From an uncultured Clostridia bacterium (GTDB lineage: Bacteria; Bacillota; Clostridia; Christensenellales; UBA1242), in the NCBI GenBank assembly GCA_944381225.1, contig CALWKJ010000001.1, positions 1-31,819 of the forward strand: a DNA stretch of 31,819 bases. The letters are read 5' to 3'. Under the pieces are notes generated by a model, which searched no databases, was not told where the DNA came from, and saw only the letters and a program-made list of their open reading frames with translations. This document shows, one piece after another, positions 17,529 through 25,823 of this stretch (within the stretch, counting starts at the first letter, position 1; every line of letters begins with the position of its first letter). Position numbers and translations under genes: made by a program.

Positions 17529-19184
17529 ATGGATTATAAAAAATTAGCAAACTTACTATATCCAAACGTGGATAAAACAATAGATTATTATTTAAAAAAA
17601 TATCCAAAGCGCGATTTACCAAAAGGTGCAGAAGTAATGAGAATTGCTCCTAGTCCAACAGGATATCTTCACACAGGACATGCTTATAGTGCCTTTATAT
17701 CAAGAGCCACCACAAGAAAAACAAATGGAGTTTTTTATTTTAGATTGGAAGATACAGACCAAAAACGATTAATTGAAAATGCAGGGACAATTGCATATGA
17801 CATGCTTTGCTACTACGATATGAAACCAGATGAAGGATACACTGGAGACAATCGTCCTCAAATTGGAAATTATGGAGATTACATTCAATCTAAAAGATTA
17901 AAAATATACGAATGTTTTGCAAAATATTTAGTTTCTATTGGAAGAGCGTTTCCATGTTTTTGCGAAAAATCAGAAAATAAAGAGGACATATTAAACAAAC
18001 GACAAGAACAACTAGAAAACTATGGAAATATAGAAGATAAAGATGTGTGCAGAAATTTAACATACGAAGAAATAGAAAAAAATATTAAAGACAATAAGCC
18101 ATTTGCTTTAAAATTATTGTCTTGTGGAGATAGTAGCAAAACATTTAAATTTCACGACTTAATTAAGGGCGACAGAGAAATTAGAGAAAACACAAAAGAC
18201 GTTGTTTTAATTAAAAGCAACAAAATTCCTCCTTATAGTTTAGCCCATGTTGTGGACGATACACTAATGGGAACAACTATTGTAGTTAGAGGCGAAGAAT
18301 GGTTCCCTTCTCTTTCTGCACATCTTGAAATATTCAATGCTTTTGGATTTAAACCTCCAAAATATGCTCATACTCCTGTAATTTGCAAGTTAGACGAAAA
18401 TGGCAACAAGAGAAAGCTCAGTAAAAGAAAAGACAAAGAAGCAGATGTTAGGTACTTTATTGAACAAGGATATCCTAAAGTTGCCGTAATTGAGTATCTT
18501 TTAAATTTATTAAATAGTGATTTTGAAATTTGGAGACAAAAAAATCCTACCCAAAGTTACAAGGATTTTGATTTTAAAATTGAAAAAATAGGTTCAAATA
18601 ATCCAATGTTTGATTTTAATAAATTAAACGATATCTCTAAAAATTATATAAGCAAACTTTCTAAAGATGAAGTTTATTCAAATCTTTTAAAATGGGCTGA
18701 ATCTTATGACTTTGACTTTTACAATTATTTGCTTAACAACGAAGAATACTGCAAAAATGTTTTAAACATAGATAGAGAAAATGCTAAACCAAGAAAAGAC
18801 ATAGAAAAATGGAGTGATGTTAAAAATTCCTTTTCTTATATGTTTAACTATAATAATCATCCTTTTGCCCCAAATTATAATTTAGAAGGAATAGATTTGA
18901 ACAAACTTAAAGAGGTTTGTTTGTCATACGCAAAAATATACAATAAAGACGATGACAAACAACAATGGTTTGAAAGAATAAAAAAGATGGCACAAGATTT
19001 AAACTATGCCACCGATAATAAACTTTATAAACAAAATCCTGAAAACTACAAAGGTAATGTCAGCGATGTTTGCATGTATATAAGAATCGCAATAACTGGC
19101 AGAAAAGAATCTCCAAATTTATATTCTTTATGTTCTCTGTTAAGCAAAGATGAAATCGTGAAAAGATTAACATCAAAATTTTAA
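17529..19184 (+). CDS. gltX: Glutamate--tRNA ligase, long clostridial type with N-terminal extension (551 aa)
   Basis: RIAPSPTGYLHTGH, RLEDTD, FPCFC Zn motif, VRGEEW, KLSKRK; AAGGAG RBS before ATG 17529. Confidence 0.93.
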   Translation: MDYKKLANLLYPNVDKTIDYYLKKYPKRDLPKGAEVMRIAPSPTGYLHTGHAYSAFISRATTRKTNGVFYFRLEDTDQKRLIENAGTIAYDMLCYYDMKPDEGYTGDNRPQIGNYGDYIQSKRLKIYECFAKYLVSIGRAFPCFCEKSENKEDILNKRQEQLENYGNIEDKDVCRNLTYEEIEKNIKDNKPFALKLLSCGDSSKTFKFHDLIKGDREIRENTKDVVLIKSNKIPPYSLAHVVDDTLMGTTIVVRGEEWFPSLSAHLEIFNAFGFKPPKYAHTPVICKLDENGNKRKLSKRKDKEADVRYFIEQGYPKVAVIEYLLNLLNSDFEIWRQKNPTQSYKDFDFKIEKIGSNNPMFDFNKLNDISKNYISKLSKDEVYSNLLKWAESYDFDFYNYLLNNEEYCKNVLNIDRENAKPRKDIEKWSDVKNSFSYMFNYNNHPFAPNYNLEGIDLNKLKEVCLSYAKIYNKDDDKQQWFERIKKMAQDLNYATDNKLYKQNPENYKGNVSDVCMYIRIAITGRKESPNLYSLCSLLSKDEIVKRLTSKF

Positions 19185-19188
19185 CTAA

Positions 19189-20127
19189 TTAAATATTACA
19201 ATATTCTGGTTTTGATGGCGTCAATTCTTTGTCTATCGTTGTAATAATAATTTCTTGATATGCATCAACATCTAGTTTTACTGTTGCATCAATAGTATAT
19301 GATTCTTCCCTTTCAATTTTTCTTAAATATAATGTTTCTTTTTCAATATAATATGTCAATTTCATCGACTTGTACATAATGCCGTTTAAAGCTCCCTCTC
19401 TCAATGCGTTGTCAATAAACTTTTGTGGAATTTTTGAAACATCATAAACAAATGATATGATATAGTATTTTTGATTTGTTGTTCTATCAAATTTAACTAA
19501 AGTCGAATTGTCTCTGTTTGCTGTTATGCAGAAAACATCATAAGCTAAATTATCATATTTATAAACTTCTTCTTTTGAAACAGTATCCTGTTGAATAAGA
19601 TAATCCCAATTTGGTATTTTGTCTTTATCATAAGAAGAAGTTTTTTTGTATTCTATATTTTGACCATTATCGTTTGAATAAAAATATCGATAATATGTTT
19701 TACCCAAACTACTTGTGCAAGATGTGTGTGTTTCTTTTAAATAATAATCTCCAGACAATGTAATAGTTTCGTTTGATGTTTGAGTGGCTTTGCCCAATCC
19801 CAATATGTCTGCTGTTGCAGTCATATTTAAAACAACCTTTATTCCTTTACAACTATTAATAAACTCCATCGCATCTTCCAAACACTTAAAACCATTAGAA
19901 TAAACTGGTACTTCAACAGATGGTTGTTGCGTTTGATTGTTTTCGTTTCCATCTTCCGTTTCACTTTCATTGTCATCGAACATATCTTCAAGGTCGTCTA
20001 TATTTGTGTTTCCAGTTACTGGTGGCACAATGTTTTCTGTGTAAAGTTCAAGTCCTACACAAAACGATATTAAAAGCACACACGCTATTATAATTGAAAA
20101 AATCTTTTTTACAGGTTTATTTTCCAT
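19189..20127 (-). CDS. Membrane-anchored hypothetical protein, possibly LolA/LppX-like beta-sheet fold (312 aa)
   Basis: GAAAGGA RBS before ATG 20127; N-terminal TM, acidic linker, then long beta-strand patterns ending MKLTYYIEKETLYLRKI...ELTPSKP; promoter TTGACG-17-TAGTAT (20162-20190). Confidence 0.7.
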   Translation of the reverse strand: MENKPVKKIFSIIIACVLLISFCVGLELYTENIVPPVTGNTNIDDLEDMFDDNESETEDGNENNQTQQPSVEVPVYSNGFKCLEDAMEFINSCKGIKVVLNMTATADILGLGKATQTSNETITLSGDYYLKETHTSCTSSLGKTYYRYFYSNDNGQNIEYKKTSSYDKDKIPNWDYLIQQDTVSKEEVYKYDNLAYDVFCITANRDNSTLVKFDRTTNQKYYIISFVYDVSKIPQKFIDNALREGALNGIMYKSMKLTYYIEKETLYLRKIEREESYTIDATVKLDVDAYQEIIITTIDKELTPSKPEYCNI

Positions 20128-20258
20128 AAATTTCCTTTCTTTAGTATTTATATGCACAAAAATACTAACACAATAGAAAGCTTTCGTCAAGTATGTTAAA
20201 TATATAATGCAAACAATGTAACAAATATATCTAAGTGAGAATTAAATTGCTTGCTTTG

Positions 20259-20287
20259 TTGACTTTTAATTTTGTTTTACTTATAAT
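20259..20287 (+). promoter_or_regulatory. Sigma-A promoter of dnaA
   Basis: TTGACT-17-TATAAT. Confidence 0.85.
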
Positions 20288-20304
20288 TTAAGTTGGAGAA
20301 AGTA

Positions 20305-21672
20305 ATGCAAGAATTAAAACAAATGTGGGAAAAAGTTTTGTCTAAAATTCAAAGTATGGTCAGCATTGTTTCATATGAATTGTGGATAGAGCCTTTAGAA
20401 GTTTTAGATTATGGTGAAAAGTTAATTTTAGCAGCAAATTCTCAAACTGCAAAAAAACAACTTTTAAAAAATCATATAAAAGAATTGACAGAATGTATAG
20501 AAAGTGTTTTTGGAAATCAAACAAATTTTGAAATTTTAGACCCAACCGAAAAAGAAGAATATTTAACAAAAAACAAACCCAATGAAAATCAAGCTGTTGT
20601 TGAAAACGAATTTGCAGAAGAAAAATGTATGTTTAATTCAAAATACACATTTGACAACTTTATTGTTGGAAAAAGCAATCAATTTTGTTATGCAGCAGCA
20701 AGAGCAGTTGCAGAAAATCCAGGTCAAAAATTAAATCCTCTATTTATATACGGAGGTGTTGGACTTGGCAAAACTCACCTTTTGCACGCCATTGGAAATT
20801 ATTTAAAACAAAACAATCCAAAATTAAAAATTCAGTATGTAACTTGTGAAAAATTCACAAATGACTACATTGAATCATTGGGAACAAACAAAGAAAAAGG
20901 AACAGTTAAAGGCACTGCAGAATTTAGAGAAAAGTACAGAAACTTAGATGTTTTAATGGTTGATGACATACAATTTATATCAAAAAGAACAAGCACTCAA
21001 GAAGAATTTTTCCATACTTTTAATGATTTGTATCAACAAAATAAACAAATAATTATTTCGTCAGACAGACCTCCAAAAGAAATTGAAACGCTTGAAGACA
21101 GATTAAGGTCAAGATTTTCAAGTGGATTAATACAAGATATTCAATCTCCAGATTACGAAACAAGAGTTGCCATTCTTAGAAAAAAAGCTCAGTTAGAAAA
21201 ATATTTTATAGATGATGATGTTATTGAATTTATTGCCGAAAAAGTAGACACCAACATAAGAGAAATGGAAGGTTTACTCAGTAAAGTTTATTTTTTTGCA
21301 ACGCTTTTAGGCAAAAAATCTGCAAGTATAGATGAAGCAAAGGAAGCGTTTAAAGAGCAACTTGATGTTCAAAAAGAAAAACTCACTCCCGAGAAAATAA
21401 TTCAAACTGTTTGCGACTACTATAACGTAGAGTACAGTGAAATTACTGGAAAGAAAAAGTCAAAGGAAATTGTAGAACCTAGAATGATTGCCATTTATTT
21501 AATAAGCGACATGATTGACATTCCATTAATTTCAATAGGAAGATTGTTTGGTAACAGAGACCATACAACCATAATTCACTCAAGAGATAAAATTACAGAA
21601 CTTTTAAAACACGACCACAAAACAAAGACAATTATAAATGATATAAAAAACAAAATAAGTGAAAAATGTTAA
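20305..21672 (+). CDS. dnaA: Chromosomal replication initiator DnaA
   Basis: YTFDNFIVG, NPLFIYGGVGLGKTHLL, MVDDIQF, QEEFFHTFN, DRLRSRF, NIREMEG, RDHTT; GGAG RBS favours ATG 20305. Confidence 0.99.
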   Translation: MQELKQMWEKVLSKIQSMVSIVSYELWIEPLEVLDYGEKLILAANSQTAKKQLLKNHIKELTECIESVFGNQTNFEILDPTEKEEYLTKNKPNENQAVVENEFAEEKCMFNSKYTFDNFIVGKSNQFCYAAARAVAENPGQKLNPLFIYGGVGLGKTHLLHAIGNYLKQNNPKLKIQYVTCEKFTNDYIESLGTNKEKGTVKGTAEFREKYRNLDVLMVDDIQFISKRTSTQEEFFHTFNDLYQQNKQIIISSDRPPKEIETLEDRLRSRFSSGLIQDIQSPDYETRVAILRKKAQLEKYFIDDDVIEFIAEKVDTNIREMEGLLSKVYFFATLLGKKSASIDEAKEAFKEQLDVQKEKLTPEKIIQTVCDYYNVEYSEITGKKKSKEIVEPRMIAIYLISDMIDIPLISIGRLFGNRDHTTIIHSRDKITELLKHDHKTKTIINDIKNKISEKC

Positions 21673-21856
21673 TATGTTGATACAAAAAAAAATTTATGCA
21701 CAGTTTTTCCACATAAACTTAATACAACATAGCACATATTTTATTAAAAAAATAGAAAAATTATTCAATATATAGTGTAATGCGAAAATTGTTAACATTT
21801 CCACAAAACCTATTAATAATACTAATATTTAAAAAAATAATAAAAAGGAGAATAAT
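21673..21856. other. Replication origin (oriC): DnaA boxes, DnaA-trios and AT-rich unwinding element
   Basis: TTATGCACA 21694-21702, TTTTCCACA 21705-21713, ATTTCCACA 21797-21805, reverse TGTTGATAC 21675-21683; CC then CTA-TTA-ATA-ATA-CTA-ATA trios at 21810-21827; dnaA-dnaN intergenic position. Confidence 0.88.
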
Positions 21857-22969
21857 ATGCAAATTTTATGTGATGGCTTGGATTTATCTGAAGCAGTGCT
21901 AAAAGTTAGCAAAGCAATTGCAGTAAAAACAACAAATCCAATTTTGGAAGGAATTAAACTTGTTGCAGAAGACAATGAATTAACATTGCTTGCAACAGAC
22001 TTGGAACTTTCTATAGAAAAGAAAATAAGAGCAGAAGTAAAAGAAGAGGGCTCATGTGTTGTTCCTGGAAGATTTTTTAGCGAATTTGTTAAAAGACTTA
22101 CAAATGACAAAATAGAATTAATATTAAATGAAAAAAATGGATTGACAATAAAATACTTAGATAGCCAAGGTTTTATTCAATGCTTTTCTCAACAAGAGTA
22201 TCCAAGTTTTAATGTTTTAGACACAAAACAATATTTTGCAATAAAAAAACAAGATTTTAAAAATTTAATCAATAAATCAATATTTTCTGTTGCAATAGAT
22301 GATTCTAGACCAATACTTAAAGGTTGTTTGCTAGAAGTTGAAAAAGATAAAATAAAAGCAGTTACAAGTGATGGTTATAGACTGAGTTTAGTAAAAGAAA
22401 ATGTTGAATTTAGCAATATAGAGTCAAGTTGTATTGTTCCAGATAAAAGTTTAAGAGAAATTTCAAAATTATTAGACGACAGTGATGAAATAATAAATGT
22501 ATACCTAGAAAAGAACTTTTTAATGGTAGATTTAAAAGACACAAAAATAATGACCCGACTATTGGAGGGTGAATTTTTAAATTACAATCAAATAATTTCA
22601 TCATCAACAAACGAAACAGTAGTTGTTGTAAACAAAACTCAACTTGAAAATGCATTGGAAAGGGCTTCCCTTCTATCCAAAATTGGGCAAAACAATTTGG
22701 TAAAATTTGACATAAGCGAAGACACAATGTTTTTAACTTCCAACAGCGAAATAGGCAATATAAAAGAAAAAATAAATATTGTTTTAAATGGTAAAGATTT
22801 GGTGATTGCATTTAATGCAAGATACTTTTTGGAAGCGTTTAGGGTTGTAGATAACGAGTTTGTAAAAATTGTTCTATCTTCACCAACAAATCCTTGCATA
22901 ATAACACCTATTGATGAAGAAAAAGAAGAATTTTTGTATTTAATTCTTCCTGTTAGAATGATTAATTAA
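21857..22969 (+). CDS. dnaN: DNA polymerase III beta clamp
   Basis: 370 aa; PILEGI, LLATDLELSI, RPILKG, AVTSDGYRL, GEFLNY, IAFNARY, YLILPVR. Confidence 0.99.
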   Translation: MQILCDGLDLSEAVLKVSKAIAVKTTNPILEGIKLVAEDNELTLLATDLELSIEKKIRAEVKEEGSCVVPGRFFSEFVKRLTNDKIELILNEKNGLTIKYLDSQGFIQCFSQQEYPSFNVLDTKQYFAIKKQDFKNLINKSIFSVAIDDSRPILKGCLLEVEKDKIKAVTSDGYRLSLVKENVEFSNIESSCIVPDKSLREISKLLDDSDEIINVYLEKNFLMVDLKDTKIMTRLLEGEFLNYNQIISSSTNETVVVVNKTQLENALERASLLSKIGQNNLVKFDISEDTMFLTSNSEIGNIKEKINIVLNGKDLVIAFNARYFLEAFRVVDNEFVKIVLSSPTNPCIITPIDEEKEEFLYLILPVRMIN

Positions 22970-23006
22970 AAAACATACTTTATTTTATAGTAAATAAATA
23001 GAATTC

Positions 23007-23035
23007 TTGACAAAGAAAAATAATTTATATATACT
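23007..23035 (+). promoter_or_regulatory. Sigma-A promoter of the rpmH operon
   Basis: TTGACA-17-TATACT. Confidence 0.85.
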
Positions 23036-23122
23036 AGCCGTAGTTTAGTTGCAAGACTATTCTGTTTTTCTCGTGCGTGTCTGCAATTAACAAATTATAA
23101 AAATAGAATAGGAGGAATTCGT

Positions 23123-23257
23123 ATGAAAAGAACATATCAACCAAAAAAAAGAAGAAGACAAAAAGTTCATGGTTTTAGACAAAGAATGAGAACCACAAGT
23201 GGAAGAAATGTGTTAAAACGCCGTAGAAATAGAGGCCGTAAAGTTTTGGCTGCATAA
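23123..23257 (+). CDS. rpmH: 50S ribosomal protein L34 (missing from the ORF track)
   Basis: [44 protein letters not shown], 44 aa; GGAGG RBS. Confidence 0.99.
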   Translation: MKRTYQPKKRRRQKVHGFRQRMRTTSGRNVLKRRRNRGRKVLAA

Positions 23258-23272
23258 GTTTGTGGAGAAAAA

Positions 23273-23620
23273 ATGCTAAAAAAAGAAAATCGATTAAAAA
23301 AAAACAAGCATTTTAAATACATTTATAAAAACGGAGAAACAAAAGTTTTAAATAAATTGTGTTTAACTTATATTAAAACAAAGTTTAAAACATACAAAGT
23401 TGGTTTTTCTGTTTCAAAAAAAATTGGCAAAAGCGTTGTGAGAAATAAAGTAAAAAGAAGATTGCGACAAAGTTTTATTTGTTTGCAAAATCAAGTGAAT
23501 AAAAAGTATAACTATATATTTGTTGCAAGAGAAGGCATAGAAAATATGTCTTTTTTGGAAATTAAAGAAAATATGAAAAATTTAATTAAAAAATGTGAAT
23601 TATTAAATGAAAATATTTAA
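23273..23620 (+). CDS. rnpA: Ribonuclease P protein component
   Basis: RLKKNKHF, KVGFSVSKKIG, VVRNKVKRRLR (RNR motif). Confidence 0.97.
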   Translation: MLKKENRLKKNKHFKYIYKNGETKVLNKLCLTYIKTKFKTYKVGFSVSKKIGKSVVRNKVKRRLRQSFICLQNQVNKKYNYIFVAREGIENMSFLEIKENMKNLIKKCELLNENI

Positions 23621-23879
23621 CATATTATTTTACCCTATTTTGATTTTTTCTTTATTTCTTATAAAGTTGTATAAGTGGATAATTTCACCATTTATGCAAC
23701 ACACATGTCGATTTTATCCAACTTGTTCAACTTATTCGTATCAAGCATTAAAAAGTTTTGGAATAATAAAGGGAACAAAGTTGGCTATTAAAAGAATTCT
23801 TAAGTGTTCACCCCTATCAAAGGGTGGATATGATCCAATACCTCAAAATATTAAGGGAGATAGTAAATGGATTATATAA
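23607..23879 (+). CDS. yidD: Membrane protein insertion efficiency factor YidD
   Basis: YKWIISP..CRFYPTCSTY..G..LAIKRILKCSP..GGYDP. Confidence 0.95.
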   Translation: MKIFNILFYPILIFSLFLIKLYKWIISPFMQHTCRFYPTCSTYSYQALKSFGIIKGTKLAIKRILKCSPLSKGGYDPIPQNIKGDSKWII

Positions 23880-24949
23880 TATCTAACCTTTTAGCCAGTG
23901 TGCCAAAAGGAATGTGGGAAAGCATAATAATAGCAATAGAAGGAGCATTTGGTTCCTTTGCCCTATCTATAATTATTTTGACATTATGTATAAAATTATT
24001 GATGTCGCCTTTAGATTATTTTAACAGGCGAACAAATAAAAAAATGGCAGATATGCAAAAACGCATACAGCCACAAATGGACGCAATTAATAAAAAATAT
24101 GCCAATGACCCTAAGATGAGAAATCAAAAATTGGGAGAATTATATCAAAAGGAAAAAATAAACCCTATAGGTTCTTGTTCCGTGATGTTAATTAGCATGG
24201 CCTTAACGTTGACAATATTTATTACCTTATTTAATGGCATGAATGCAATGGCTTCATATAAAATTGCAGACCAATACGAAAAATTACAAATAGCGTATGT
24301 ATCGGAATATGCAAACAATCAAATTGATTTTGACCAAGAAGGCAAAACAATTTATGAAATATGTTTGCCATACATTAAAGAAATGAACTCTATTGAAGAC
24401 GAAACATTAAAAAATCAAGTTTTAGAAACTGCAAATAAAAATGTAGAGGAAGTTTATAAGCAAACAAAACAAGGCTTTTTGTGGATAGATAACATTTGGC
24501 TTGCAGATAGTCCGTTAAAAAATTCAATTCCATCATATAAGGAATACGCTTCTGTGGCAAGATTAAATGAAGAAGATAAAAACAATGAAGACTATGAAAA
24601 AGTTTACAATCAAATAATGGAACCTTTAAAATCTTCTCAAGGCAGAGAAAATGGTTATTTTATACTTGTTGTTATATGTGCAGGTGTATCATTTTTAAAT
24701 CAATGGTTTATGATTAGAAAAATGAAAAAAGAAGGAAATAAACAAAACAGTGGACTAATAATGTTAATTGTAATGCCAATTGTGATGATGATATTTGCCT
24801 TTATGTACACTACAATGTTTACTTTATATATGATTACTGGACAAATTGTAAGTTTAATAACTTTACCTATTATAAATTTAATTGGCGATAAAGTTGATAA
24901 AAGAAACGAAAAAAAGCAAATTCCAACAGATAGATTAAAAAGAATATAA
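23867..24949 (+). CDS. yidC: YidC/Oxa1/SpoIIIJ membrane insertase
   Basis: IIILTLCIKLLMSPL, QPQMDAINKKY, NPIGSC, GFLWIDNIWLAD, LYMITG; canonical position. Confidence 0.93.
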   Translation: MDYIISNLLASVPKGMWESIIIAIEGAFGSFALSIIILTLCIKLLMSPLDYFNRRTNKKMADMQKRIQPQMDAINKKYANDPKMRNQKLGELYQKEKINPIGSCSVMLISMALTLTIFITLFNGMNAMASYKIADQYEKLQIAYVSEYANNQIDFDQEGKTIYEICLPYIKEMNSIEDETLKNQVLETANKNVEEVYKQTKQGFLWIDNIWLADSPLKNSIPSYKEYASVARLNEEDKNNEDYEKVYNQIMEPLKSSQGRENGYFILVVICAGVSFLNQWFMIRKMKKEGNKQNSGLIMLIVMPIVMMIFAFMYTTMFTLYMITGQIVSLITLPIINLIGDKVDKRNEKKQIPTDRLKRI

Positions 24950-24963
24950 TTAATGGAGGATAT

Positions 24964-25746
24964 ATGTTGAGTGTTGAAGCGACAGGAAGAAATGTCGAAC
25001 AAGCAATTTCAAACGCACTTTTTGAACTTAAAGCTTCAAGAGAAGATGTGGACATAAAGATATTAGACGAAGGTGGTTTGTTTAAAAAAGCAAAAGTGAG
25101 AGTTTCTATTTCACCAGACGAAATTGAAAAATATCAAAAACGTGAAAAGAAAGAAGAAAATTTAACCGACTCACAAGAAAAAAATAAAGAAGAAGTTGAT
25201 GAGTTAAATAAAGAAACAACTTTAAATGATTTGTTGACAAAAGAAGAAGATGTTGAAGAAGAAATTGAAATTTTAAACTCTTCAAAAAATCAAAATGAAA
25301 AAGAAAAAGATTTAGAAAAAGCACAAAAATTTATTCAAGGATTGTTAAATAGAACAACATTAACAGGCAACGTTGAATGTGTGGAAGAAAATGATGAAAT
25401 ACACGCAAATATCATTGGTTACAGCGATATCATAGGATATCGAGGAGAAGGTTTAAATTCTTTGCAATATTTAACAAGTGTAGTAATAAGTAAAAATAAT
25501 AGACATGCAAAAAAAGTGAGAGTAGATTGCGACAATTATCGAGCAAGACGAGAAGCCTCTTTAATAGCCCTAGCACAAAGAATGGCTAGAAAAGTAGAAA
25601 AAACTCATTCAAGTGTAAAATTGGAACCTATGACAGCAAACGAAAGAAGAATTATGCACACTGCCCTATCAAACAGCCAAACTGTTGAAACATTTTCAAA
25701 AGGTGAAGAACCTCATAGATATTTAATAATAAAACCAAAATATTAA
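24964..25746 (+). CDS. jag: Jag/EloR (KhpB) RNA-binding protein
   Basis: Jag_N (EATGRNVEQAI), acidic linker, KH (IIGYRGEGLNSLQYL), R3H (ERRIMHTAL). Confidence 0.95.
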   Translation: MLSVEATGRNVEQAISNALFELKASREDVDIKILDEGGLFKKAKVRVSISPDEIEKYQKREKKEENLTDSQEKNKEEVDELNKETTLNDLLTKEEDVEEEIEILNSSKNQNEKEKDLEKAQKFIQGLLNRTTLTGNVECVEENDEIHANIIGYSDIIGYRGEGLNSLQYLTSVVISKNNRHAKKVRVDCDNYRARREASLIALAQRMARKVEKTHSSVKLEPMTANERRIMHTALSNSQTVETFSKGEEPHRYLIIKPKY

Positions 25747-25771
25747 AAAACTCTTTAACGAGTTTTTTTTT
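25745..25771 (+). terminator. Weak intrinsic terminator after jag
   Basis: AAAAAACTC-TTTAAC-GAGTTTTTTTTT. Confidence 0.6.
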
Positions 25772-25787
25772 AAAGTATGTTAAGATA

Positions 25788-25816
25788 TTGTTATTTTAAA
25801 AACATAATGGTATAAT
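25788..25816 (+). promoter_or_regulatory. Extended -10 promoter of mnmE-mnmG-rsmG
   Basis: TTGTTA-17-TGgTATAAT; the -10 overlaps the ORF-track ATG at 25815. Confidence 0.7.
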
Positions 25817-25823
25817 GAAAAAG

